From an uncultured virus (IMG/VR IMGVR_UViG_3300011785_000001) (Duplodnaviria > Heunggongvirae > Uroviricota > Caudoviricetes): a stretch of 64,000 bases of DNA. The notes under the pieces are model-generated. The model searched no databases. It saw only the letters and a program-made list of their open reading frames with translations, and was not told the DNA's origin. The translations under genes and the position numbers were made by a program. Below, piece by piece: positions 1 to 9,904 of the stretch. Position 1 is the stretch's first letter. Each line of letters opens with the position of its first letter. The DNA is taken from the IMG/VR virus record IMGVR_UViG_3300011785_000001, positions 1 to 64,000 of that record. One strand, written 5' to 3'.

Positions 1-869
1 GTTCATTGCTACAGCTTCATCTAACACTTCACGAAGTTTAATTTCCACCATCGAGATACCAGCGTTAGTGTAGTTGATTTTGTTCTGAGCTTTGATTAAT
101 CCCCAGATACGTTCACCCATACGAACTTCAATCCATGTTGCTCCAAGCATTACATCAATGTATTCGCCACCAACTACTTTGTTCTCACCAAAAACAACAC
201 TTTCATCTTCTACAGTTGTGTAGTAATTAGCATTCTTAGATTGTAAGTAAGCTTCTTCTGTTGAGTCGTATTTGTCAGCAATAACACCATCAAGCTCTTT
301 ATAAATCCAGATAGCACTGCCAATCGGTTCAGCAGAGAATCGACCAACCCAGGCTGCTTCAATCATTGCATTACCTACACCATCTTTAGTGTAAATACCA
401 AATNNNNNNNNNNCTTACTGAAAATGTCGGTAGTAGCAGAGGTATATGTATCAGCATTACTATCACTAAATACATAGAACATGCGAGATTGTGTTTCTAC
501 ATAGTCGGCAATAGCTTCTTTCTCTGTGTCTGTAGCAGCATCAGTAATTACGTATAAGAACTTGTTGTAAGTACCTTGTTGACGAACTAAAGCTTCTACA
601 TAAGTCTCACCGTCTTTAACAACACCAACAACAACCTTACTAGGTCGAGGGTCTTGAGCAAAAACTCTTTGTGCTGCAATATAAGCTGCATCTGTTGTTA
701 GAAAACCATCTTCCAACATAGCTGTAGTTGATTCATAGATTCGATAGTCTTCATCTGCTGTGAATCGGGAGTGTTTTGTTAAAACTAGGATTGTTTCTAA
801 GTCACGAACAGTAACATTGTTACTTTGACGAACAACCTCAACCTTAACAACATTATCAATCGTTGCCAT
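1..869 (-). CDS. Tail sheath protein (DUF3383-like), runs off window start; apparent frameshift is at the N gap 404-413
   Basis: N-term MATIDNVVKVEV..DAAYIAAQRVFAQDPRPSKVVVG; after the gap another frame continues MIEAAWVGRF..GGEYIDVMLGATWIEVRM, typical of myophage sheath proteins. Confidence 0.85.
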
Positions 870-918
870 TTTGTTTCCTTTGTTTGTGGTGCGGTTTGTT
901 AATTAACATTTATTATTG

Positions 919-1944
919 TTAGGGGTACAGAGTCCCATTTACTGTAACAACACCAACAATGGCGTGTTCTCTTTCATAGGAAAAGTCGAATGATACTTTC
1001 CTTTGTTGTCTGTTTAATTGTGGGTTGTAAACTTTGTATGAGATAATTCCATTTTGTCTAAGATTAAACTCTAAGACTTCTTTGATCTTTATTTCGACTT
1101 GATCAACACCATTCCGTGTTGCAGAAACTTTAGGAGAGTCTTTTAAGAGTTTCCAAACATTTCTTCTTATAGCCCACTTGATCCAATCATCATTAACTTT
1201 GTGATCAATCCATTCTCCATCACAAGTCTTTCCACTACCCCATGTGTAGAAGTCAATACCATCAACACTGTTCATGAATGACGCTGAAGAAGGAATTGTT
1301 GGTGTGTCTATAGTATCAACGCCATTTAATGATTTACCTAACCATTGCATCTGAGATGGGAACACGTTAGCACAGTAGCTAATCCAAGCTGCTTCAGGGT
1401 ACTTTAAGGATGTTGCTGCAACATCTAAATAACTATCCCATAACACAACATCCCAACTACTCCACAACCAAGACTGTGCATCCCACCACCATACAAGGTT
1501 TGAAATCCCTTTAACTTGTACTGTAACATCTTCATACTTTGTAAAGAAGATTAACTTATCATCGCGTTCTGTCAGTAAGAATGAAGACAGCTCCAAGATG
1601 TCTGACAGTTCTTTACTTTCTAGTGTGATGTAGTAATAAAGAGTATTGTGAGAAGCTGTGTACGCCTCTACATACGTTTCTACACTACGCTTAGCTACTA
1701 ACACTACAGAATCAACTCTTTGTCTCTGAGAGAAAGCCATAGCGCAATACGCATATGCGTTAGAATCCTTACTGTAACCTTTATCAATAACTTCTTCCAA
1801 TGAGGTAACTTCTACTGTTCTTTCAACTTCATTGTTCTCAGATATAAAAGAAGGAGTATAAAAAGCATAGCGATTAACTTCTTGTTTATTGATGCTTACA
1901 TTAACAACAACAGGGATCGTGTTTCTTAGATTTTGCATTAACAC
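919..1944 (-). CDS. Second, divergent tail-sheath-like protein
   Basis: Shares motifs with the neighbour: AYAYCAMAFSQ / AYIAAQRVFAQ, PEAAW / IEAAW, DGEWID / GGEYID, VEIKIKEVL / VEIKLREVL. Confidence 0.7.
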   Translation of the reverse strand: MLMQNLRNTIPVVVNVSINKQEVNRYAFYTPSFISENNEVERTVEVTSLEEVIDKGYSKDSNAYAYCAMAFSQRQRVDSVVLVAKRSVETYVEAYTASHNTLYYYITLESKELSDILELSSFLLTERDDKLIFFTKYEDVTVQVKGISNLVWWWDAQSWLWSSWDVVLWDSYLDVAATSLKYPEAAWISYCANVFPSQMQWLGKSLNGVDTIDTPTIPSSASFMNSVDGIDFYTWGSGKTCDGEWIDHKVNDDWIKWAIRRNVWKLLKDSPKVSATRNGVDQVEIKIKEVLEFNLRQNGIISYKVYNPQLNRQQRKVSFDFSYEREHAIVGVVTVNGTLYP

Positions 1945-1957
1945 CTTCCTGTTATTA

Positions 1958-3022
1958 TTAGATTAATTTTGCTACTGTAACTTCAATGCTGTGGATAGAC
2001 ATAGCTCTACTATAAGTCTTAACTCTAATTGTTAATCCATTTGTCACTAATGGTGTATCACCATAAATAACTGTACTAAAATTCATATCTTGGATTAAAC
2101 CATCACCTCTTACTAAACGATCTTCGCTGTAAGGGTTTTCCGTAGTATCCTTACTCATTGATACATTAATGAAATCAGATTGAGAGCCAGCTTGAACTTT
2201 AAACCTAACTCGAACTGAGTAAAAACCGTTTACATCTTGTAATAAGTATTTCTGTGTTACTGGGTTATAGAATGTAGTAACTGCTGTAGGTAAGTTTGTT
2301 TCAAGTTTAACACCAGCACTGTTAGGTAAAACAACCTGAGTATTAGTGGCAATAACTAACGGAGAAGCGTCTGTATAAACACCATCTTTATAACTAGCCC
2401 AACCACACTGTTTAGGTGGTGTATCAGATGTCACTGTTGTTGTGTCTGTATAAGTAACTGTGACTGACATATCTGGATTGAAAGTGATGGAAGAAACTGT
2501 TCTACCGTCTTCACCATCCTCACCCTTATCACCTTTTTCACCCTGAATACCTTGTAAACCCTGAATACCACGAATATCGGTGGCTAGTGTAATATCTGAA
2601 ACCAATCCAGATGAACTTAAGTACAAACCACTTGCAGGAGGTGTTCCTGTACCACCAGTCCACGAATCAACTCTAATAACTCTACGATCACTATCAGAAA
2701 CAATTGATAAAATAGGCGACCAACCATTGAAACCTGTTGCACCTTGAGCACCTGTTGCTCCAGTAGCACCTCTAGCTCCCGTGTCACCTTTATCCCCTTT
2801 ATCACCCTTATCACCTTTAGCTCCAGTAGCGCCTGTTGCACCCACAGCACCAGCATCACCCTTATCACCTTTAAATAAAGGTTGTAAAGCTGTAGTAAAA
2901 TCTAAACGAGAAATCTTTTTAGCTTCTGTTCCATTATCAATGATGAATATAAAGTCGTTTGCTGTGAAGTCTAAATCTGACATTGTTGGTAAATCACCAA
3001 CTTTAATTTCACCCGTTTCCAT
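1958..3022 (-). CDS. Collagen-like (Gly-X-Y) repeat fibre protein
   Basis: Two Gly-X-Y runs (GDKGDAGAVGATGAT.., GIQGLQGIQGEKGDKG), located in the structural operon. Confidence 0.8.
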   Translation of the reverse strand: METGEIKVGDLPTMSDLDFTANDFIFIIDNGTEAKKISRLDFTTALQPLFKGDKGDAGAVGATGATGAKGDKGDKGDKGDTGARGATGATGAQGATGFNGWSPILSIVSDSDRRVIRVDSWTGGTGTPPASGLYLSSSGLVSDITLATDIRGIQGLQGIQGEKGDKGEDGEDGRTVSSITFNPDMSVTVTYTDTTTVTSDTPPKQCGWASYKDGVYTDASPLVIATNTQVVLPNSAGVKLETNLPTAVTTFYNPVTQKYLLQDVNGFYSVRVRFKVQAGSQSDFINVSMSKDTTENPYSEDRLVRGDGLIQDMNFSTVIYGDTPLVTNGLTIRVKTYSRAMSIHSIEVTVAKLI

Positions 3023-3569
3023 TTACATCCACCTTAATATCTGGGTTATTTCCTAAATCTAAATCCCCTGTAGTTTGAACACGATTAATATGTCCAATAG
3101 GGAAGTCTTCCATTCTTGTTGTTAAAATTGTCAAAGAGATTGTGTCATTGACGAATGCAGTATTACCATTAATGTTCAAGTTAATACGAGGGATTGCTTG
3201 GTAATCCATAAAACCCATACCATACTTATCTAACACTTCTTGACCAAAATCACTGTCTAAAGCAATTGCTAAATAATCGCACCACTCCTCACTTTTACTC
3301 TTGGCTTCACCCTCAAAAGTGATTGTGTAAGTAACAAGGTAATCAACTAAAACTGTCTGCCAACCATTGCCGTTGACATCAACTTTTGTTTTATGTGTTC
3401 TCTGAACAGACTGCTTATTTCTATTTAAAATACTGACAACACAGTAAGGATTCTTTGGAGGGCTACCAGCTCTACCAGCTAAAATGAATGTACAATCAGG
3501 AATAATCTCTTGTAACGCCCTTATAATATTCTTTTCATTGTCAGCGACAATTGGTGTCGTGATTGACAT
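3009..3569 (-). CDS. Putative tail terminator/neck protein
   Basis: Size and position between head-closure gene and sheath; PY-hydrophobic motif near N-term. Confidence 0.55.
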   Translation of the reverse strand: MSITTPIVADNEKNIIRALQEIIPDCTFILAGRAGSPPKNPYCVVSILNRNKQSVQRTHKTKVDVNGNGWQTVLVDYLVTYTITFEGEAKSKSEEWCDYLAIALDSDFGQEVLDKYGMGFMDYQAIPRINLNINGNTAFVNDTISLTILTTRMEDFPIGHINRVQTTGDLDLGNNPDIKVDVNGNG

Positions 3570-3586
3570 TCTAATTAATCCTTGTG

Positions 3587-4054
3587 TTAAGGTTGAGTTG
3601 GATCAGGTGGAACAGGAGTTTCTGGGTTAATACTTATTGTATTAGTCCTACCGAAAACATCACCCATAATACGCTCCTTTTCACTATCTAAAACTTTAAC
3701 AGCTACAGCTTCAACATGATAACCTAAGTTTTGATAAGGCATTGTGTAAGCAACTTTCCAGTAGCAATCGTTGTATAGGATTAAGTCAGCTTCCAATGGA
3801 TGTTCACTACCACTACGAGAGGTGAAAATGTATTGATTACTAGAAATAAAAATTGCTTCTTTCTCAGTAAATCCACGCTCCTTTAGCTTGGTATAATGTC
3901 CTTGAAAAGCTGGTTGAATATTTGCTTTAATATAGACAGTTTTCTTTTGTGGAGGAATCCACTCACCATCTTCGTAAACACCACTACCAACTGATTCATC
4001 ATCACGAATAACAGGATAGGTTTTCTTTCCTAGTTTTGCTCGTAGAATTTTCAC
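3587..4054 (-). CDS. Putative head-closure/head-tail joining protein
   Basis: GVYEDGEW..IKANIQP..ADLILYND..WKV pattern typical of head-closure proteins; synteny. Confidence 0.65.
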   Translation of the reverse strand: MKILRAKLGKKTYPVIRDDESVGSGVYEDGEWIPPQKKTVYIKANIQPAFQGHYTKLKERGFTEKEAIFISSNQYIFTSRSGSEHPLEADLILYNDCYWKVAYTMPYQNLGYHVEAVAVKVLDSEKERIMGDVFGRTNTISINPETPVPPDPTQP

Positions 4055-4056
4055 AA

Positions 4057-4617
4057 CTAACCACCCTTATTCTTTGCAATAGATTTAGCTTGTTCTTCTT
4101 GTTTGGTTAAAGATGACTTATAAACTTCATAATCAAAAGATTGAAGCATATGTCCCGTATCATCCCACTGGAAAGCATGACCTTTAAGATCAATTGTTAA
4201 TTCAGAAAGTTTCTTCATATTTTGCTTCATAACACTGTTATGGAAATCTTGTTTAGCGTTATAACCAATCTGATTTAATTCATCTGTGAAGTCTTGTCCA
4301 TGCAGAGCTTTTAAGAACAACATTTGAACCCGTTTGTGAGCTGTCTTTTTAGTTTCTTCTATAGCTTGTCTGAAGTAAGGTCGTGCTGGAATCTTCTGAT
4401 CACCACTTGTACCAAACTCTTGCATATAAGCTAATTGAGCAACATAGAAACCACTTTCATGTTTTTGCTTCTTCAGCCAACCCCACTTAACATGTCTATT
4501 ATTTAATATGTTAAGGTTTTTCTTTAACTCTTTAAGGTCTGTAAAGTCGTACTCAAGGGAGAATTGTATTCCATCACCTTTTGTGTACGTCTTATTATCT
4601 TTCCACTTTACAGCCAT
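4057..4617 (-). CDS. Neck/tail completion protein (HK97 gp10-like)
   Basis: AYMQEFGT..IPARPYFR and DTGHMLQS motifs. Confidence 0.75.
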   Translation of the reverse strand: MAVKWKDNKTYTKGDGIQFSLEYDFTDLKELKKNLNILNNRHVKWGWLKKQKHESGFYVAQLAYMQEFGTSGDQKIPARPYFRQAIEETKKTAHKRVQMLFLKALHGQDFTDELNQIGYNAKQDFHNSVMKQNMKKLSELTIDLKGHAFQWDDTGHMLQSFDYEVYKSSLTKQEEQAKSIAKNKGG

Positions 4618-4680
4618 AATAACCCTCTATGGAGTTGTAAGAACCTTGTAGCACAAGAAACCTTGTAACATACAAGAAAC

Positions 4681-5202
4681 TTACGGGGTTGATGAGTACG
4701 GATACAATGTTCTACGTTCTTCTGGTTCAACAACAGTTTCCCAAAATTCTAAACGCTTTCTGTCCCAATAAGGTGTGCGTGCTTTTTGCCCACGATAGAA
4801 AGGGCTATCAATAAATTCAGGATTTCGTGCGTAGAATGCTGTTGCTTCTCTTAGAACACCGCCAACATAAATCGTTGGACTACCACCACCTTGATATTTA
4901 CCTTTCTGTAGCATCTGTAAGAACTTAACCCAAGAGTCTACAAGTTCTTTTCCGTAGATTTCTTCTTGACCAACACGTTGTCTTGCACCTTGTCCAGCTA
5001 ATTGAGCTAGGATAGACATTCCAGCAGACATTAACGCTGATCTAAAATAATATGTTCCATCAGGTTTTGTATATTTGGTAATAAAGTATTGATAGGCTTC
5101 ATCACTAAGGAATTGATCTTCACCTTGTTCAATATCACCAAGATCACCTAAGTAAAGTCTAAGCTCCCAAATCTTATCTGGGTCAGTAACAATGATGTCC
5201 AT
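4681..5202 (-). CDS. Head-tail adaptor protein
   Basis: LRLYLGD..FLSDE motif, directly downstream of the major capsid gene. Confidence 0.7.
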   Translation of the reverse strand: MDIIVTDPDKIWELRLYLGDLGDIEQGEDQFLSDEAYQYFITKYTKPDGTYYFRSALMSAGMSILAQLAGQGARQRVGQEEIYGKELVDSWVKFLQMLQKGKYQGGGSPTIYVGGVLREATAFYARNPEFIDSPFYRGQKARTPYWDRKRLEFWETVVEPEERRTLYPYSSTP

Positions 5203-5280
5203 AATATTCCTTAATATTCTTTGTTATTGTAAAAGAATCGTTTGTTGTATATTAATATACACAATCCCTTTAGAATAACA

Positions 5281-5300
5281 GGGGAGGACTAGCTCCCCGT
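5281..5300 (-). terminator. Intrinsic terminator after major capsid gene
   Basis: Minus strand GGGGAG-CTAGTC-CTCCCC followed by TGTTATT. Confidence 0.65.
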
Positions 5301-5320
5301 ATTATCTTACTCTATATTGC

Positions 5321-6421
5321 TTACGGAGTAGGTAGGGTGAATGTGATGTCTAACGACAACTCTGGTTGAGACATGAAGTAGATTGCATGTTTCTCAAGAT
5401 AGAACTCGAAGTGAGTACGATCTTTAACAGGAGTTTGCCAAGCGTAAAGCTTCTGACCTTGAGTACCGATATAGTCTAGGTACGGAGCTGGAACATACTT
5501 AGCTTGGTCCAAACCATCAACACCACGTAGAACAGTGAAACCTTTGTTGTCAGCAATTGGAGTGATTGCAGTACGATCCCAACGAGTGAACTTCTGTGGG
5601 TATGTAGAGAAGGTTACACCGTGAATAGTGATAGAGCGAACAAAACCAAATACAGAGCGGTTAAGCTCATTCACACGACCATTGATGAACGGGTTGTTGA
5701 TATACTCAGAACCAGTTCCAGTGTAAGCTGCTTCGTACATAGCTACGATTTGTGGGTGAGCTACTAGAGCAGAGAATGCTGCTTCACCAATCATAACTTC
5801 AACACCAGTAAAACCAGAACCGTAAGTTTGAGCAGTCATTAACTGGTTAACAAGAGCTGTAATCTGACCTAGAACATCTGCTGTAGCAGTAAGATCGAAA
5901 GTCAGAGTTTTACGAGTCTTGTTCAGGTTAGCGAACATATCAATTTCAACAGAATCATCATACGGGTCAAGAGTACGACCTTGTAGAGCTGTTAAAAGAG
6001 AATACTCTTCCATTTGTTCCATTGATTGACGGATAGGAGGAAGTTTCTCAGCCATCAAGTCTGCAACTGTATAGTTACGAGCTTCTGTTGTTAAACTAGC
6101 CCAATCACGAACACGGTTAGCGATGTCTTCATACATGATAGCACCTTCTTGTTTGTAGGTGATACCAGATAAGTGAGCACGTTTTTGTTTACCAGTGTTA
6201 ACACGATCAGCTTCACGACCTAGACGAGATTTAGTACCAGTCATTACTGACACATCTTCATCGTTGTAGCGGAAAGCATAAGTATCAGTTACAATACCTT
6301 CTTCAGTGAAAAGACCACTTTCAGCGATACGACCATAACGCTTAGGGATTGAATTTAAGATCGCATCATCAATCGTTACGAGTGTAGATGGATCAAAGTC
6401 GATATTTTGAACTACTGCCAT
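5321..6421 (-). CDS. Major capsid protein (lambda gpE-like, HK97 fold)
   Basis: 366 aa; GLFTEEGIVT, EYSLLTALQG motifs; follows protease and decoration genes; followed by a terminator. Confidence 0.85.
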   Translation of the reverse strand: MAVVQNIDFDPSTLVTIDDAILNSIPKRYGRIAESGLFTEEGIVTDTYAFRYNDEDVSVMTGTKSRLGREADRVNTGKQKRAHLSGITYKQEGAIMYEDIANRVRDWASLTTEARNYTVADLMAEKLPPIRQSMEQMEEYSLLTALQGRTLDPYDDSVEIDMFANLNKTRKTLTFDLTATADVLGQITALVNQLMTAQTYGSGFTGVEVMIGEAAFSALVAHPQIVAMYEAAYTGTGSEYINNPFINGRVNELNRSVFGFVRSITIHGVTFSTYPQKFTRWDRTAITPIADNKGFTVLRGVDGLDQAKYVPAPYLDYIGTQGQKLYAWQTPVKDRTHFEFYLEKHAIYFMSQPELSLDITFTLPTP

Positions 6422-6443
6422 TTGTTGTTATATCCTTAAGTTA

Positions 6444-6962
6444 TTATACGATTGCTAAAAGAGGTTTTACTTGACGTTGCATTTTGAAACCATTCTCTAG
6501 TTTCAGTTTAGTGCGAAGAGCTTTTTGTACGTCAGCAGTTTGATTGTGGAAGAATGATGCTGGAACAGTTGCTTCACCTAAATGTAAGTAACCTTCTGCA
6601 ACTTGACCACTACCGTAACCACGATCAATTACAACTACGTCTAATTCAGCACCATCTTCAGCAAATGAAGCTTCTAGGTATGAACGATGACCAGCACCAT
6701 TAGTGTTGAGGTCACGACCTAAGAAGATACCTAGACGAGTAGTAGTTACAACTTCACCAGCAGCTTCAATATCAGCAGCTACAGCGAAACGTGCAGTCTT
6801 TTCAACATCGTCAATCACTAATAGACGACCAACATTTACAGTGTCACCAGAAGCTAGGGTTAGGGTAACAACTTCACGAGCATAACCAGCATCAGTTGAA
6901 GGTTCAGCACCAAATACATCTGTAGGGATGATTAGAGCATCTTGTTCTTGAAATACAGCCAT
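6444..6962 (-). CDS. Head decoration protein
   Basis: GYAREVVTL..VNVGRLL motif; lies between protease and capsid genes. Confidence 0.7.
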   Translation of the reverse strand: MAVFQEQDALIIPTDVFGAEPSTDAGYAREVVTLTLASGDTVNVGRLLVIDDVEKTARFAVAADIEAAGEVVTTTRLGIFLGRDLNTNGAGHRSYLEASFAEDGAELDVVVIDRGYGSGQVAEGYLHLGEATVPASFFHNQTADVQKALRTKLKLENGFKMQRQVKPLLAIV

Positions 6963-6979
6963 TTATATTTATCCTTTAA

Positions 6980-8389
6980 TTATTGGTTTTTAGCTTTCAT
7001 GCGTTCAGCAAGAATGTCATTGAATGATGGAGCTTCCGCTTTCTTAGTATTTGAATTACCAAGCTCTTCCATCTCTTTATCTTCTTTTTCAACTTTAGCT
7101 TCTAGTGCTGAAACAATCGCATCAAATGCTGTAGCTTCAAGACCTGCTGTAGTAGTTAATAGAGTAGCAACTTGATCATTTTCAGAACCAAGAACAGATT
7201 CCAACTTAGCTTTACGTTCTGCTTGCAGAGCATCAGCTTTAATAGTTGCTAACTCTGTTTCTAGTGCTTCTTTAGCGCCTTGAAGTTCTGTCAATTGCTT
7301 TTCTAGTTCAGAATACTTACCTTCAAGCTCTTCTTTCTGAGTGGTCAGTTCAGTAACTAAACCTTCTTTCTCAGTAACAATTTGTTGAGCATTAGTAAGT
7401 TGCTCTGTTAGCTGTGCAGTAACATCGTCATTGCCACCAGCGTTCTTTTTAACGTCTGTCATATTTTCCTCATATGAGATTGTGTTTTCTTTTGATTGAT
7501 TTATCATGCCCTTCATGTAAAGATCGAAATCTTCAATTTCCATGATCTTATCAATAAGACCAATTTCTAAAGCTTCATCTGCATCAAATACTTGAGCATT
7601 AGTTTCAACTACCGATTCAACCGTCATATTACGATTTGTGGCAATGAATTTTGTGAACTGTGTATAACTTTTATCTACACTCTTTTGCAAACCAGAAATA
7701 AAGTCCTCTGTGAAAGAACCATCCTTAGCAAAAGGAATTTTATTTTTACCAGCATAAACAAATGAACGTTCAATACCGATATTGTCTAACATCTTAGAAT
7801 CATTGTAGAGTTGAATAACAACACCAACACTACCAACACGACTTGCAGGGTTAGCAATGATTTCATGAGCGATAGAAGATAGTCCGTAACTTGCAGAAGC
7901 GGAAAGCCCATCAATGTAAGAAATGATTTTTACACCATTATCATCTGCCATTTTACGAATAGCTTTTGAAGTACCGAACAAACGATAAGCTTCTCCACCT
8001 CCGCTATCTTGCATAAACACTACAGTCTTAACACCTTCTGCAACTTGAGCTTCAAATGTAGACTTAATCTTCTCATAAGATGTTAACTCAACACATGCTT
8101 GTGTTTGTCCAGCTCTGTTAACAAGTGTTCCTTTAATATCAATAGTACCAACCATTGTTTCAGGATTTACACCAAGTTGTTTTAACTTATATTGACGGTA
8201 CGCTTCTTCATCTCCGAAGTCGCTACGCATCAATTGAGTTTCTTCAACATCCGTTTCAAACTGTGCTAACTTCATTGTTCGTTCAGGGTCAGCGAAATAT
8301 TCAGCAATTGGTGCTAAACTCTCCTGAGTAATAAACAATGGCGTATTAAACACCTTCTTTGAAAGATGAGCTAATGAGCGTTTAGCCAT
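6980..8389 (-). CDS. Prohead protease (S49/SppA-like) with C-terminal coiled-coil scaffold
   Basis: DSGGGE, SASASYGL, VGSVGV, AGKNK motifs; acidic coiled-coil C-terminus. Confidence 0.9.
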   Translation of the reverse strand: MAKRSLAHLSKKVFNTPLFITQESLAPIAEYFADPERTMKLAQFETDVEETQLMRSDFGDEEAYRQYKLKQLGVNPETMVGTIDIKGTLVNRAGQTQACVELTSYEKIKSTFEAQVAEGVKTVVFMQDSGGGEAYRLFGTSKAIRKMADDNGVKIISYIDGLSASASYGLSSIAHEIIANPASRVGSVGVVIQLYNDSKMLDNIGIERSFVYAGKNKIPFAKDGSFTEDFISGLQKSVDKSYTQFTKFIATNRNMTVESVVETNAQVFDADEALEIGLIDKIMEIEDFDLYMKGMINQSKENTISYEENMTDVKKNAGGNDDVTAQLTEQLTNAQQIVTEKEGLVTELTTQKEELEGKYSELEKQLTELQGAKEALETELATIKADALQAERKAKLESVLGSENDQVATLLTTTAGLEATAFDAIVSALEAKVEKEDKEMEELGNSNTKKAEAPSFNDILAERMKAKNQ

Positions 8390-8398
8390 TATTTCCCC

Positions 8399-9895
8399 TT
8401 ATTTCTTATTTAAATTATCAGCGTTGTTATCTGATTCTGAAACTGAATTACCTTGCCCGTTCAACCCACCTGTGTCTGACGAGTACCCTGAGCCTGACTT
8501 AGATTCGTCCTCCTGCTCCACACCCAACAATTCATCAAGTTCTTCTTTGGTCATATCATCAGGAACACGATAAGTGAATCCCATGATCTCAAGAACACGA
8601 TTGATAACATTAGGAGTAACAGGGATAAGTTTAGTTGCTTTAAGTTGCTGCATTGCTTTAGCAAATACTGCCATATCAACTTCTTCAAGCTCACCATAAC
8701 GTAATGTAGGTAGTTTAGAATCATCCCAACCATTACGTCTAAACAGCTCTGGAATCAAGTCATTGTTAAGAACACGTAATACTTCTTGAACTCTTGTTTC
8801 AACAAGCATATTCAACATACTTTTCTTGTTCTTAGAAACGTTGGTAACTTCATCACCAGAACGTAGAATGTCAGCAAACATTAGTTGTAAGATTTCATTC
8901 TGTAAGCGTTTAACAATATCTGAGATTGAAGTTACATGAGAACTAGATGACTGCAATGTTGTAACATCCCAATCTAAAGAACCATGAGCATCATCAGAAC
9001 GTGTAGATGGAAGAACAATAGCTGCTTGCTCATTAACCGCAAGCTTACTTAAACTTCCTTTAACAATGTCACCCGCCTTCTTCATGTCTTCATCAGCATC
9101 AGCAGCAAGGTACTCTTGTGGGATACGACCAACTAAGATACCATTCATGTTCTTAGATGCTGCAATGTTTTCCATATCCTTATGTCTTTGAAGCTCTCTC
9201 CATCCACCATAACAGGCATATAAAGGAGAAACACTTTCAGGAAGATCACTAGATAAATCAGCTTTGAAGTGTAAGTAGCGATTACGAGGAATGAATGTGT
9301 CATTCTCTGTCGGCTTAAACAGTAAAGGGTTCTTAATATTATTAGCGAAGTAGTTGTAATAAGATGGTGGTTTAGGTCTATTAGCCTGATACAACCCCTC
9401 TACTTTACGGAAGTTCTCATCCCACTTAAAACCACTAATACTGTGTTGGTTACGCATTGGAAGAGCTTTAATACCAATCTTCCCATCATCGTACTTACTA
9501 CCGTTTTTGTGTCTACGTCTACGAAAGACTTTCTCAAGAATGGAAAAACCATACTTATTTAACGTTAGAGCCTTTTGAACAATGTTCTCTAAACTCTCAC
9601 CATCTTCCATGTCGTTTAAACATTGCATGACAAAATCAGCACGTTTCTTATGAACATTAGATTGATCGTAAGATTCAACATAGATATGAACACGACTAGC
9701 AATAACGTTAACAGCATTCAATGCCGAAGCAATCGTTACATCCATTGCCATTTTATCGTATGTATCTAATGAATGTGGGAAGGTTAGGTCTTTAATACCC
9801 TCATCGAAATATGAACCGATGTTCTTTGAATAAACACCTGTAGTTCCAATTTCAGATGGTACTTTACCCTTCTCTTTCTCTTGTTGTGTTGCCAT
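8399..9895 (-). CDS. Portal protein (DUF935-like)
   Basis: EIGTTG, YGFSILEKVF, LIPELFRRNGW motifs; between terminase and protease. Confidence 0.85.
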   Translation of the reverse strand: MATQQEKEKGKVPSEIGTTGVYSKNIGSYFDEGIKDLTFPHSLDTYDKMAMDVTIASALNAVNVIASRVHIYVESYDQSNVHKKRADFVMQCLNDMEDGESLENIVQKALTLNKYGFSILEKVFRRRRHKNGSKYDDGKIGIKALPMRNQHSISGFKWDENFRKVEGLYQANRPKPPSYYNYFANNIKNPLLFKPTENDTFIPRNRYLHFKADLSSDLPESVSPLYACYGGWRELQRHKDMENIAASKNMNGILVGRIPQEYLAADADEDMKKAGDIVKGSLSKLAVNEQAAIVLPSTRSDDAHGSLDWDVTTLQSSSSHVTSISDIVKRLQNEILQLMFADILRSGDEVTNVSKNKKSMLNMLVETRVQEVLRVLNNDLIPELFRRNGWDDSKLPTLRYGELEEVDMAVFAKAMQQLKATKLIPVTPNVINRVLEIMGFTYRVPDDMTKEELDELLGVEQEDESKSGSGYSSDTGGLNGQGNSVSESDNNADNLNKK

Positions 9896-9904
9896 CTGTT
9901 ATCG

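Noticed and set aside
375..413. Apparent truncation or frameshift of the sheath gene
   Set aside because: Coincides with a 10-N assembly gap; the protein continues in another frame
2617..3056. Alternative-frame ORFs, including the SPLSPLSPL repeat ORF
   Set aside because: Shadows of the collagen Gly-X-Y codons
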